From Octopus bimaculoides (Eukaryota): DNA of 64,000 bases. How positions within the stretch are numbered: position 1 is the stretch's first letter; every line of letters begins with the position of its first letter. Positions 39,776 through 51,090 of the stretch are shown in pieces. Both the position numbers and the translations under genes were made by a program. The stretch is taken from contig NC_068993.1 in NCBI RefSeq assembly GCF_001194135.2, forward strand, positions 62,561,706 through 62,625,705. The letters are read 5' to 3'. The notes beneath the pieces were generated by a model. The model saw only the letters and a program-made list of their open reading frames with translations, was not told where the DNA came from and ran no database searches.

Positions 39776-39850
39776 CATTATTTTCAAAATGATAACACTT
39801 GAACATTTTGCACACGTGCGCACACGTTCTCTTATCTTTATATAAGGCAA

Positions 39851-40383
39851 TACGAGGCCTGATCAATAAGTATCCGGAGTGTTACTATAGTAACGAAGCT
39901 AAAGCACGCATAGTGAAACCGGTTGACACAGATTGATTTTAAACTCTGCTGTGCATGTGCACTACGTTTTAACGTTCCAGCTTACATCTGCTGTTAACAG
40001 CAGTGCTTGGAAGGAAGTTGTGTAGCGTGTGATCGTCGCAGTGACCACGACAGAGAAAGTTTTCATGGAGAAACCTGCTCAGAGGCCAACGCAAGTTTGC
40101 AGAATGTGTATGGAGAGGAGTGCATGAGTCACACACAAGCGCACGAGTGGTTCAAACATTTCCAAGATGGTAACATTTCATGCAGATTCTCTGCTGAACT
40201 TTCTCTGTTACGGTCAATGCGATGATCACACGCTGCACACCTTCCTTCCAAGCGCTGCTGTAAACAACGGTGAGCACATGCATAGCAGAGCTCAAGGTCA
40301 ATCTCTGCCGCGTAGCTTCACTCTCCGTGCTTTATCTTCGTTACTATGGCAATACTCCTGATATTTACTGATCACACCACGTA
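39851..40383. mobile_element. Foldback mariner-derived MITE with about 190-210 bp inverted repeats
   Basis: TA|cgaggcctgatcaataagtatccggag...cagagaaag (39851-40059) versus ctttctctg...ctcctgatatttactgatcacaccacg|TA (40199-40383). The interior encodes FHGETCSEANASLQNVYGEECMSHTQAHEWFKHFQDG, a mariner HTH-like segment. Confidence 0.85.
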
Positions 40384-40774
40384 TATATACTTTTTAGAAG
40401 TATTTTCCTATGATTAGCCAAGACTTTGTTCGTTAGGAAGAATTTATATTTTATCAGTTAAGCTGTGTTCATGATGAAACTAATATATTATTCCAGACTT
40501 ACAGCATCATTTGGTACATTTTCCCGACAGACAAGTACAGCGCCCTGCTATGAGGTGAGAGATCACTAAATAATTAATGCATTCATATAACTTGCAGTGG
40601 TGTCGCTAAAGCTATGCGATGACCTTGGAAAGAACGACAAAACTCTCCCTCTAATCATTGTTTTAGCCACCGAAGCCTTTCTTATTACAATAAGCATATA
40701 CGTGCTGATTTGTAAGGATCTATAGTAAAATGATAATTAAATTATTTGTTGAAATATTGAATTTTTTAAATTAT

Positions 40775-41160
40775 TTTACTTGTTTCACTCATTAGATTGC
40801 GACCATGCCGCAGCACTGCCTTGAAGACTTTAGTCAAACAAATCACCTCCATTACCTGTTCTTTTCTTTTCGTTCTTTTTAAGTCTGGCACATATTCTAT
40901 CTGTTTCTTTTTGCCAAGCCGCTCAGTGTTGGGGACGTAAACAAGCCAATAACAGTTGTTAAGTGGTGATGAAGGACACACACACACACACACACACATA
41001 CACACACACACATACACACACAAACACACACAGTTATATACAACGGGCTTCCACACAGTTTTCGCTTATCATATTCACTCACAAGACATTGGTCAATCCG
41101 GGGCTAAAGTAGAAGATACTGGACTGGAGATTATGTGGCTGCTAAACGAGCTTCTTAAAG
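40775..41160 (-). mobile_element. SINE family B copy, inverted relative to 39298-39775
   Basis: Plus strand tttcactcattagattgcgaccatgccgcagcactgcc...gggcttccacacagttttc...attcactcacaagacattggtcaatccggggctaaagtagaagatact. Confidence 0.75.
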
Positions 41161-41488
41161 CACAGACATGACAACATCTAGAACTCTGATGCTCTACCGA
41201 CTCAGCTAAATCAAATATCTCTTTGGAAATCTTATGCGTTACGGCAAAAACAACTTTCGCTTAATTATTCTTATTTCTTTATTTCCATAAATTCGAAAGA
41301 CAGCTACAGAATGTTTCCTTGTTATTAAGCTTCCTCGTCAAAACAGCTTACTTAAAATACGATTACTGCAGTTAGTATATCTGCACATGCACAATATTGT
41401 ACCTGTGTTGACCGTCAGACCGATGATTAGATGAAGGTCTTTGATAAACTTTTCAAAAGCTGTATCTAACATATAAAAATACTCTTAC

Positions 41489-41553
41489 CTGGATCAAAAT
41501 GAGGGGAGATCCGATTGTCATAGTTCAAGAGAATGTTTTTGATCACTTCAGAC
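41489..41553 (-). CDS. Internal exon of the same pLGIC subunit (N-terminal alpha1 helix and YDxRxxP motif)
   Basis: Gives (R)SEVIKNILLNYDNRISPHFDP(D). Acceptor ctttcttttactcctcacag|, donor CAG|gtaaga. 65 nt, phase 2 to phase 1, in frame with the 68-nt exon. Confidence 0.92.
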
Positions 41554-41628
41554 CTGTGAGGAGTAAAAGAAAGTACGTTAGTAATGTCACGGAGGAAAAA
41601 GAAATCAAGTATATATATATATACATAC

Positions 41629-41679
<51 letters not shown>

Positions 41680-41908
41680 ATGCGAGTTTAGTTCACTGGT
41701 GATCTAAATGAATAGGTACGCTGAGTAGGTGTTGTGACGGATCGTCAGAGTTCCAAGCTCGGAACTGAGATGGGAGCTATGGATTCATTTAAGGTTTCCG
41801 ATTAAGCAGATATATATATATATTTGTGAAAGAGGACAACAAACGCCGAGGCATAACAAGCATCTCAAATCATATATACGGTTTCATATTATTCTTAAAT
41901 TAGTTGAG

Positions 41909-41985
41909 GTCTTACAGCTGTTTCTGGGATATCCCAAGTGATAGGCGAGTATGCCTGAATAAGGGGGTATTCCGTCATCAGAGAC
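41909..41985 (-). ncRNA. Type I hammerhead ribozyme motif, probably partly decayed, sense to the host gene
   Basis: gucu-CUGAUGA-[50 nt]-GAAAC-AGCU-GUA-agac: 4-bp stem I, palindromic ACAGCUGU stem III and GUA triplet. The stem II closing pair is a C-A mismatch. Confidence 0.6.
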
Positions 41986-42271
41986 AAGTAGAGAACATAT
42001 GAAAGATCCAGACATGGAAATATTCTGATATAAGATCTAGACATGGAAAATTTGCAGATAATAAACAATGAAATAGAAGAGTAAAGAGTAAGGAAATATG
42101 GAAATAAAGTTCACAGTTCGTTTTTCAGAGGGTATCGATGTTAGTCTGAATGTCCTTAGGTAAAATCCAAGGTTAATCCAGGCAGGATTATGGTAAAGTA
42201 TGAGTAGTGTGTTCGCCACAAACCAGTCATCTCAAAACGAACACACCATTCCCATTTTTGCCAAAATATTC

Positions 42272-42450
42272 TTTTCTACTCTAGGCACAAGGCCTGGAAT
42301 TTTTGGAGAGGGCGCCAGTCGATTAGATCGCCCCCAGTGCGCAATTGGTACTTAATTCATCAACCCCGAAAGGATGAAAGGCAAAGTCGAACTCGGTGGA
42401 ATTCGAACTCAGAACGTAAAGACAGACGTTTCTGCCAGCTCGCCGCCTTG
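42272..42450 (-). mobile_element. SINE family A copy, internally deleted
   Basis: ctactctaggcacaaggcctggaattt...gtcgattagatcgcccccag...ccccgaaaggatgaaaggcaaagtcgaactcgg...gacagacg|tttctgccagctcgccgcct. Confidence 0.85.
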
Positions 42451-43609
42451 TAATGGAAGAGAGGCAAAGTCGATCTCGGCAGTATTTGATCTCGGGATTT
42501 AAAGGAAAGTAACTAAACACTGCAAGCAATTCTATCCAATACTCCACTGATTTTACTACTCCGTCACGTTGCACTCCTCCACAAATCTTAATAATGTTAT
42601 TATGGGAATATATTATTAAGTTAATGCGCACATACTGTTAAACGTGTAACAAACTGAAATAATAATTGACATTGTCTGGTTTAATATTTTGCGTTGGCAC
42701 TCATCTAAAGTATCTGAATTAACTTAATTCCATTATTACTGCCGTCACTCGAAATCGATTCCAAATTTGCTTCAGCATTCATTTAATTCCTGTTTGGTTG
42801 TCTTTGGGACGAGGAGCCGAATTTTTGAGAGATTAAAATGAATGCCACTTATGTTAACTCTTATAATAACTCTGCATTTTTGACTGTTTCGACTCACATT
42901 TTAAAACCACAATAATTTTTTATACATTTCTCTAAAACCCGGAAAATAAAAACAAAAGAATTTTTAAATAATTATATCTTAAGGGGAATATGAGAAAATA
43001 ATTAAATGTCACAGGTTGTCAGCAGCAACAACGGGATGCGTCAGTTTTGAGAACCTATTTGTGCTGAGTGGTTGCTGCTGAGAGTAACACTGAGTGGCAG
43101 CGAGTTTGATAGGAATGTTTCTTCACTAATATGTTCAGGTCAGCGTATACACAGAGGTTGTCGAATATAAATTACCTTACTAATTTCGTCACATAATCAA
43201 CCCTGACCAAAGTGGATTCGAAATTTACTTCACTTCTATCTTAATTACTGTTTTATCTTCTCAAGGAGCCGTGGGCCCTGAATATCGATTGATGGAAGTA
43301 TAAAAAGTTTATTGGAAATGAAAAAAAAAAAAAATCCTGATTGTTTACAGCGATTTCAAAACAAATTATGAAATTACAATGTCGTTTAATACATTTCTAG
43401 AATTCACACTAAATAAATATATGATAATCAACATAACACCGACTACCTTTTGATCGTTGTGCACTCTAAGTGATCATGTATTTTACGTCAAGGAACTAAA
43501 ATTACACGGCTTAATTATACGTGTATCTATTTATTTTATGTGTCTATGTGTGTGCGGGTGCATAAATATATATTTAAGATTCTCCTCTCTCTTGCTCAAC
43601 ACGTGCGCA

Positions 43610-43661
<52 letters not shown>

Positions 43662-43904
43662 ATTAATTTGGGGTTATGCAAAAATCTGATACTCAGCAGT
43701 TTCCTGGAAATCTAGCCGACTCATGTGACCAAGTAAGCTCGATGGAAAAACAACAGGTTACTTCTTCTAACGGGAGATGGACGCCTGCCGGCGTCAGAGC
43801 ACGTATAAGGCTTAAACAAAAGTCAGCAAGAAAGAAACAATAAAAGCATGAAAGTGATAAAAGTGGGTGTAATGAAAGGGTAGCAACTGAGATGGCGACT
43901 TCGT

Positions 43905-44122
43905 AACTCTCTTACTCTTGTATTCTTTTGCTTGTTTCAGTCATTTGACTGCGGCCAAGCTGCAGCATCGCATTAAATGGCGTTAGTCGACGAAATCGAC
44001 CCCAGCACGTTTTTTTTGTAAGTCTAGTATTTATTCTATCGGTCACTTTTGCTAAGTTACTGAACCCAGAACCATGTGGTTGGGAAGCAAGTTTTTTTTT
44101 TACCATACAGCCACACCTGCGC
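43905..44122 (-). mobile_element. SINE family B copy, internally deleted
   Basis: ctcttactcttgtattcttttgcttgtttcagtcatttgactgcggcc...gtcgacgaaatcgaccccag...ctgaacccagaaccatgtggttgggaagcaag...ccatacagccacacctgcgc. Confidence 0.75.
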
Positions 44123-44319
44123 TTGTAGAAACAATGCATATTTATTTCTTTATTGCCCACGGAGGGCTAAACATAGACAAGCACAGAACTTATTTTACAT
44201 ATATTTAAGAAATAATAAATATTACCGATAGCCTTGTGGACTTTGATCACAGAAGTTAAAATAGTGGGAAAATGAAGTATTGAACCGTGATATACTTTCT
44301 ACTCGTTAGATTCTTTCTA

Positions 44320-44520
44320 AAATAAGCGCAAGGCCTGATTTATTTTATGGGAAAGGGCCAGTCGATTACATCGAGCCCAGTGCTCAGCTAGCTTATCAAG
44401 CCCGAAAGAAGGAAATGCAAAGTGGACCTCGATGGTATTTGGATTCAGAACGTGAGACCGGAAAAAATGACACTAATTATCTCGTCCGATTCGCGAATGA
44501 TTCTCCCAGCTCGCTCTCTT
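44320..44520 (-). mobile_element. SINE family A copy, diverged
   Basis: gcgcaaggcctga...ccagtcgattacatcgagcccagtg...cccgaaagaaggaaatgcaaagtggacctcg...ttctcccagctcgct. Confidence 0.75.
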
Positions 44521-44881
44521 TAGATAATGTAATAATGTAATGGGGAAATAGTGGAAGAACTGCCATAGGAAAGAGCAAGGACAGAGGGCACCGAGAGTCA
44601 AGTTAAAATGAAATACAACAATAAAATATTAAAGCAAATATAGAAAATGCACTGCAAAAAGCATGCTATAGGGTTTGGGATATGCAGATTTTAGTGTTCA
44701 TTGTCCCGAACGATGCATCATCGGACATGGGGTTTCTTCGATATCCGTGTTGAAAGACAAAAAGGATAGAACCACAATTCACAAAGAGTAGAGCAGAAAA
44801 GGCGAACACATATAACGAGAGTACTCGTGAGTAAGCGACATGTGCAGCTTGTGTATTACAGAGCAAAGATAAAATGTTCAC

Positions 44882-44937
44882 CTTGGCCTAGCATTTAGCA
44901 TTGCGGGAAGTTGTCTGCTACTTTCATCTACTTTATT
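44882..44937 (-). CDS. Alternative candidate upstream exon of the pLGIC
   Basis: gaacag|NKVDESSRQLPAMLNARP-R|gtgaac, 56 nt ending in phase 2, compatible with the 41553 exon. Polypyrimidine tract is weak and no motif is recognisable. Confidence 0.15.
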
Positions 44938-45048
44938 CTGTTCGATGAACCGGCGAAATGTCAAGAATGCTTCAAAGTAAGACAAGTGGGTCGACCGAAA
45001 TACTTTATCAATTTCTACCATGTTATCGAGTATTTTTGCTCATTCATG

Positions 45049-45080
<32 letters not shown>

Positions 45081-45515
45081 TGTATGTATGTATGCATGTA
45101 TGTATGTACATACATACACACATAGATATCTATATATCTACATCTATCTATCTACACATATATATATACACATGTATATATATATATGTATATATATATG
45201 TATATGTGTATACATATATATATGTATGCATNNNNNNNNNNNNNNNNNNNNNNNNNNNNNNNNNNNNNNNNNNNNNNNNNNNNNNNNNNNNNNNNNNNNN
45301 NNNNNNNNNNNNNNNNNNNNNNNNNNNNNNNNNNNNNNNNNNNNNNNNNNNNNNNNNNNNNNNNNNNNNNNNNNNNNNNNNNNNNNNNNNNNNTATATAC
45401 ATAGACACACACAAACCTATTTATCATATCAGTATAGTGCTTGTGCAGATTTGTGCAAAGGGATGTAATTACAATTGCCTCTGAGAATATATCTTTACCT
45501 ATCTATCTATCTATC

Positions 45516-45567
<52 letters not shown>

Positions 45568-45890
45568 CATCTACCTACTTGTCTATCTCTAAATGTGTGT
45601 GTATATGTGACCGTCTACATTTGTGTCTATGTGTATGTGTGTGTGTGTTTATGTTATGTATTTATGCGAGCGTGTGGAATCGTGATTGCTTTGTTTTTAC
45701 AATCGGATGCAATGCCCTCGACACACAAATAGATTGAGTCTATTTTTAATAAAGCTGACACCGCGTAAAAGGCGAACCGAGTTTCACTTACCTGATTATT
45801 CAAACGTGAAATGATAACTAAAACTTTAAAATTCCGACTTCCTATGCAATATATATGTATATATGTATATGTGTGTGTGGGCGTGTGCGT

Positions 45891-45924
<34 letters not shown>

Positions 45925-46283
45925 TTGTCATGTATACATGTGTACATGCTTGTGTGTATGTATATATGTATGTATGTGTGTATGTATATAAGTATATATG
46001 CATGCATGCTTGTATGTATGTATGTATGTATGTATGTATGAATATATGTATGTATGAATGTATTTACAAAACGGAAAGTTACATTGTGGAACTGTCATTT
46101 TAACGAGCTGTATTTATCTTTCATCCGACAAGATACATCTGCACCACCGGGTGCTATTGAACTAGTTGGTGAGTGTCCCACTCAAGAGGAATCCATCCTA
46201 GATGTGTCGAAACAATTGTTGTGATTAATAATAAATTCTCGTATATTCCATTTTCCGTCTTTCATTTACCATATGTGTATATG

Positions 46284-46314
<31 letters not shown>

Positions 46315-46859
46315 NNNNNNNNNNNNNNNNNNNNNNNNNNNNNNNNNNNNNNNNNNNNNNNNNNNNNNNNNNNNNNNNNNNNNNNNNNNNNNNNNNNNNN
46401 NNNNNNNNNNNNNNNNNNNNNNNNNNNNNNNNNNNNNNNNNNNNNNNNNNNNNNNNNNNNNNNNNNNNNNNNNNNNNNNNNNNNNNNNNNNNNNNNNNNN
46501 NNNNNNNNNNNNNNNNNNNNNNNNNNNNNNNNNNNNNNNNNNNNNNNNNNNNNNNNNNNNNNNNNNNNNNNNNNNATGCATACATATATATTCATTCGAC
46601 TGTGGCCATGTTGCAGCACCGCCCTGACGATTATTTTGTCGAATGATTCGACCGCAGTACTTGTTTTTTAAACCAACCCTTTACTTCTATCGGTGCCTTA
46701 ACACACCGGTTGTATTCTGGTGGTGGTGGGAGGGCAGACTAACGCAAACACACACAGACACACACTACTCCAAACATACACATATTATTAAGTAAGAAAA
46801 TGGAGAGATTCAATGGATACAGATTAATTTATTAACATTTTCAATAAGACCTACAATTG

Positions 46860-47340
46860 TTTCAATTCACACTAAATACAAATTACGAGCCTACAGAATA
46901 AAATAAGTTTGCATTTTGAATGTTTAGAGTAAAATATCTTCAGGGCCAATGGATATTAAGAAAACTACATGTTGACCAATTGAGATTCTCCAACAGACTC
47001 ACTGAAGCGTGTCGTTCTGATTGAATCTTGTAGTATGCATGGTTGGTTAGAAATAGTTTGGTCTTTGTGTCTATGCGATTTTCCGTCACATATCGTTACA
47101 TTTAGGTTGTAAGGCAGATTAAACCAGATAATCTTCTGTTCTATTTCGTAATTCGTTCCTTATACTTCTTGTATTCTAATTCTCCTTTGGAATTGTTTAT
47201 ATTTCGGAAACTCTGTACGCTATGTCGTTGACATAGTTGTACTTAATTGACGGTAAGCCTTTCAATATTCGCTTGTTTAAAGAGTCACTTCCTTTGGCTT
47301 ACCATAGGCTAGTTTGGTTGACTTTTTTTTTCCCCTGGAT
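46860..47340 (-). mobile_element. Penelope-like element fragment (RT to GIY-YIG linker), decayed
   Basis: Minus strand reads RNRT then, after a frameshift, KIIWFNLPYNLNVT, resembling the PLE linker motif R(K/N)IIWFNPPY. Multiple stops. Confidence 0.55.
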
Positions 47341-47542
47341 TTAAGTATATTGTTACTCCAAGGAAATTTGCAATGAATAGATTTGTGATGAAAGTTATTT
47401 TCAGAAGGCAAACTTTCAAACCATTTATTTGGAGAATTATAAACTTATCTCATTTGTGACTACTCATATTTATAAAGGTTACGAAACTCTTGGTTCTCTA
47501 TAACTCTATTTTAAATTACTTGGGTATTTTACTAGTTTCTCC

Positions 47543-47608
<66 letters not shown>

Positions 47609-48001
47609 GAATTGTTATTTCCTTCATTTTAATCATGCATGTAGGTTGTGTTTGTATAATTGTGTGTATAAAAGTTGTATATAATAATTATTCCCACCTA
47701 AATGTCAATATCATTTAATGCATAATTGTACCGAAAAATATCATATTGTTTTTCCTCAGGTTGAATTTTAATTGTTGACAAAGTATATTTTATTCATGAA
47801 ATTACTTTCAGCAGTAACGTCTTTATTTAATAATTTGTTGACGCTCTTGTTAGCTCTGTGTCTTATTAGTATTATTATCGCTTCCTTTGAAACTATTTTG
47901 AATGGTAAATTTGTTAACCTTGGCTTGTATTCCATAAGAATAAACTATTTATTTTTGTTACTAAATTTTCTACACCACTTTCACATTCCATGACTACCAT
48001 T

Positions 48002-48219
48002 CGTTTCTACTCTAGGTACAAGGCCCGAAATTTTTTTGGTGTTGGCAATCGATTATATCGACCCCAGTACGCAACTGGTACTTAATTTATCGACCTCCGA
48101 ATGGATAAAGGGCAAAGTCGACCTCGGCGGAATTTGAACGCAGTACGTAAAAAGACTGACGAAATACCGTTAAGCATTTCGCCCAGCATGCTAACGTTTC
48201 TGCCATCTCTCCGCCTTTG
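48002..48219 (-). mobile_element. Full-length SINE family A copy with perfect 13-bp target site duplication
   Basis: catgactaccatt at 47989-48001 and 48220-48232; complete head, core and tail. Confidence 0.92.
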
Positions 48220-48479
48220 CATGACTACCATTGGCATCGATGAGGTAACAGACAAGTATTCTGGATTATTTTTCTGGTTTTTTATTTTACTTTAGTTTTC
48301 TCGTTTGTCGAGTTTATTTCAGATGTTCGCATTTTCAAAATTGCATTTGCCTAATCGTTGAGAGGACGTTGGTGTTGCCTTAGCGGAGGTTTGCGCTTTC
48401 TGAGTGCTCGTGTTGTTATTATTCAGTAGTTTTATTTTTATAGCGTGCTTTCACTTCACTACCGAGCGCAGCGAAAATG

Positions 48480-48834
48480 GCTAGAGTGAATGGCACCTCT
48501 CTAAGTGTAGACTTGTGGGTCGGAGAGAAGAAATTGGAGAGGGCACTGGCTCCTTGAGTTTCAGGGAAATTCTAGACAGTGGTGTTCCTCGATTACCCAA
48601 AGAGGCCTTCCTGTATCAGGAGGGCCACATCTCTATCATCGTCCCCGGCACTTAATATTTTTTTTAACCTTTGTAAGTTATGCATATGTCCCTTCTTTTT
48701 CAGTGTATACATTCTTTCTTACTTTCTTTGATCATTTCATTATTATATGTAAACCCCCCACACTTTATGTCTGTCTTTGTATTGTCTCCCTTATCTTTCG
48801 CCCCTGTGGCAAATAAATGAAATCATCATCATCA

Positions 48835-48870
<36 letters not shown>
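48480..48870 (+). mobile_element. Probable 3' end of a LINE (Tx1/L1-like), ending in (ATC)n(ATT)n
   Basis: Short purine-rich coding-like stretch, then a pyrimidine-rich UTR-like stretch, aataaa and a simple-repeat tail. The family call is from recall only. Confidence 0.3.
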
Positions 48871-48871
<1 letters not shown>

Positions 48872-49067
48872 GGCTGCAAGCTGGCAGAATGGTTAGCGCG
48901 CCGGTCGAAATGCTTAACAGCATTTCATGTCTTTACGATCTGAGTTAAAATTCCGTCGAAGTCGACTTTTAGAGTCGATAAATAAAGTAACAGTGAAACA
49001 CTGGGGTCAATGTAATCGACTAACCCCCCTCCCCGAACTTTTAGGCCTTGTGCTTTTAGTAGAAAGA

Positions 49068-49101
<34 letters not shown>

Positions 49102-49255
49102 GTAGTAGTAGTAGTAGTAGTAAATCGACGAGCACGCAGAATCGTAAATACGCCGGACAAAATGGTTAGCGGTGTTTCATCCGCCTTTACGTTCTGAGTT
49201 CAAATTCCGCTAAGGTCCACTTTCCCTTTCATCATTTCGGAATCGATAAAGTAAA
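48871..49255 (+). mobile_element. Two SINE family A copies (48871-49070 and 49125-49255), inverted relative to 48002-48219 and 50550-50737
   Basis: aaggctgcaagctggcagaatggttagcgcgccggtcgaaatgcttaacagc...gtcgac...actggggtcaatgtaatcgacttaa; the second begins acgagcacgcagaatcgtaaatacgccggacaaaatggttagcgg. Confidence 0.8.
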
Positions 49256-50549
49256 TACTTCCTTCCCACGAACTTGTNNNNNNNNNNNNNNNNNNNNNNN
49301 NNNNNNNNNNNNNNNNNNNNNNNNNNNNNNNNNNNNNNNNNNNNNNNNNNNNNNNNNNNNNNNNNNNNNNNNNNNNNNNNNNNNNNNNNNNNNNNNNNNN
49401 NNNNNNNNNNNNNNNNNNNNNNNNNNNNNNNNNNCCAACAACAACAACAACACCATCATCATCATCATCATCATCATCTCCGAACTGCCTTGATCATTGA
49501 ATTTTTTTTTCACAGTTCTCGGCAGGAAATTCCCATCATTATAATTGTTTTAGACATTCCGGAGAAAAAGAAAATTTTAAAACTCTCAGTGTCCCCTTTA
49601 ATTAAGAGTGAAGCTGTTGCGTTTTTTTCTTTCCCCGTAGCGGACAATCATTTATCAAAATCGCCAACGTTTGACGTTTGACGAATGTGAGGTGCGGTGG
49701 GAGGGAATCGTGAGAGTCGTGGTTGTTGTAACGCTTTAGGTGTCGCCTACCTTTCAAGTTTTGTTTGTCAAAACGACAAAACGACATTTTGCCAAAGATC
49801 TTTCTTTCTTTCCCTCAAGAAACAAAATAAAACATATGAAGGTGTTAAATCTGACAACACCTACCAGAGATGCGGTGGTGAAGCATTACACCAATATAAG
49901 AAACAACAACTGCAACAAAAATACCAACATCAGTGACAACAACAACAAAAGTGAAACAACGAAACGTGGGAAAGACCAAAAATTAAAAATAAAAATAACA
50001 AAAAGGAGAAAAATATACAGAGTGACAAGAGAAACAACAAAAATATCGAGAATGTCAACAGAAGGTTGGATGAAACAGAAGACATCATCATCATCATCAA
50101 ACACAGCAGCAACGATAACATAAATAACAGCGACAAAAACAACATGAATGAAGAACAGCACAAGCAGCCAAAAGCAATATGAAGAACAAGAATGATCAGC
50201 ATGGAATATATCCTTTCAATAACCCTCAGCGTCTGGAATGAACGCTCGCTCTAGTTCGAAACGTACGTGTAGGAAGACTGGAGCCTTCTATAAAGAATTC
50301 TGAGATAACACTTTTGGCAATAATGCGAACGAAGTCGTTCACTAAGAGACCCAGTCACATTCAGGTGCGTAAGTAGAAAAAGGAGAACGTTGTAAAAAGA
50401 TGGGGTTTTTTGGGCTCAGACAGAAAAGTGAGTGGAAACTATATTGGTACGGTTTGGTACCTTTGGAATGGAAAGCGTTACGGTTCGTGGGAAGCTTTGT
50501 TCCCAGGTGAGGCAAAAGAGAAAAGCATCGTAACAGCACAAACTCCATC

Positions 50550-50737
50550 TAATTTAGGGGGAGGGGACTAGTCGATTAGATCGACTCCAGTAAACAACTG
50601 GTACTTAATTAATCGACCCCGAAAGGATGAAAGGCAAAGTCGACTTCGAGGGAATTTGAACTCAGAACGTAAACACAGACGATATACCGCTACGCATTTC
50701 GCCCGGTATGCTAACGTTTCTGCCAACTCGCCGCCTA
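50550..50737 (-). mobile_element. SINE family A copy
   Basis: ggggactagtcgattagatcgactccag...gaccccgaaaggatgaaaggcaaagtcgacttcgagggaatttgaactcag...ctgccaactcgccgcct. Confidence 0.85.
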
Positions 50738-51034
50738 ATACAGTAACAAACAATGCCGAAGAACTGGCTAGGGAAGATTTAGGAGCTAATTTCCTGACCA
50801 TTTCTTTATTGAAGAAATACAAATTATAATGTTAACGGTGTTTGAATTTAGGGAGCACGACCTTTCTTACTAACGCCAATAAAAGTTCACCTACGCAACA
50901 GGAGCTCGAACAACAATAAAACGAAGAATGAAATCAACAACAAAACAAGCTGTAAACAAACACAATTTTCCCTGCGCCTCCTCACTCGGATCAGTCTATC
51001 TTCCACGAGGCGTCGTTTTAACTCTCATCACAAC

Positions 51035-51090
<56 letters not shown>

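Noticed and set aside
44666-44881. Hydrophobic ORF VLSLYVFAFSALLFVNCG
   Set aside because: It starts at GTG with an in-frame stop just upstream and has no donor before its own stop.
49886-50202. Very hydrophobic minus-strand ORFs (MLIILVLHIAFG..., MLFFIHVV...)
   Set aside because: They are the reverse complement of AAC/AAG-rich low-complexity DNA, with no suitable phase-2 donor and no motif.
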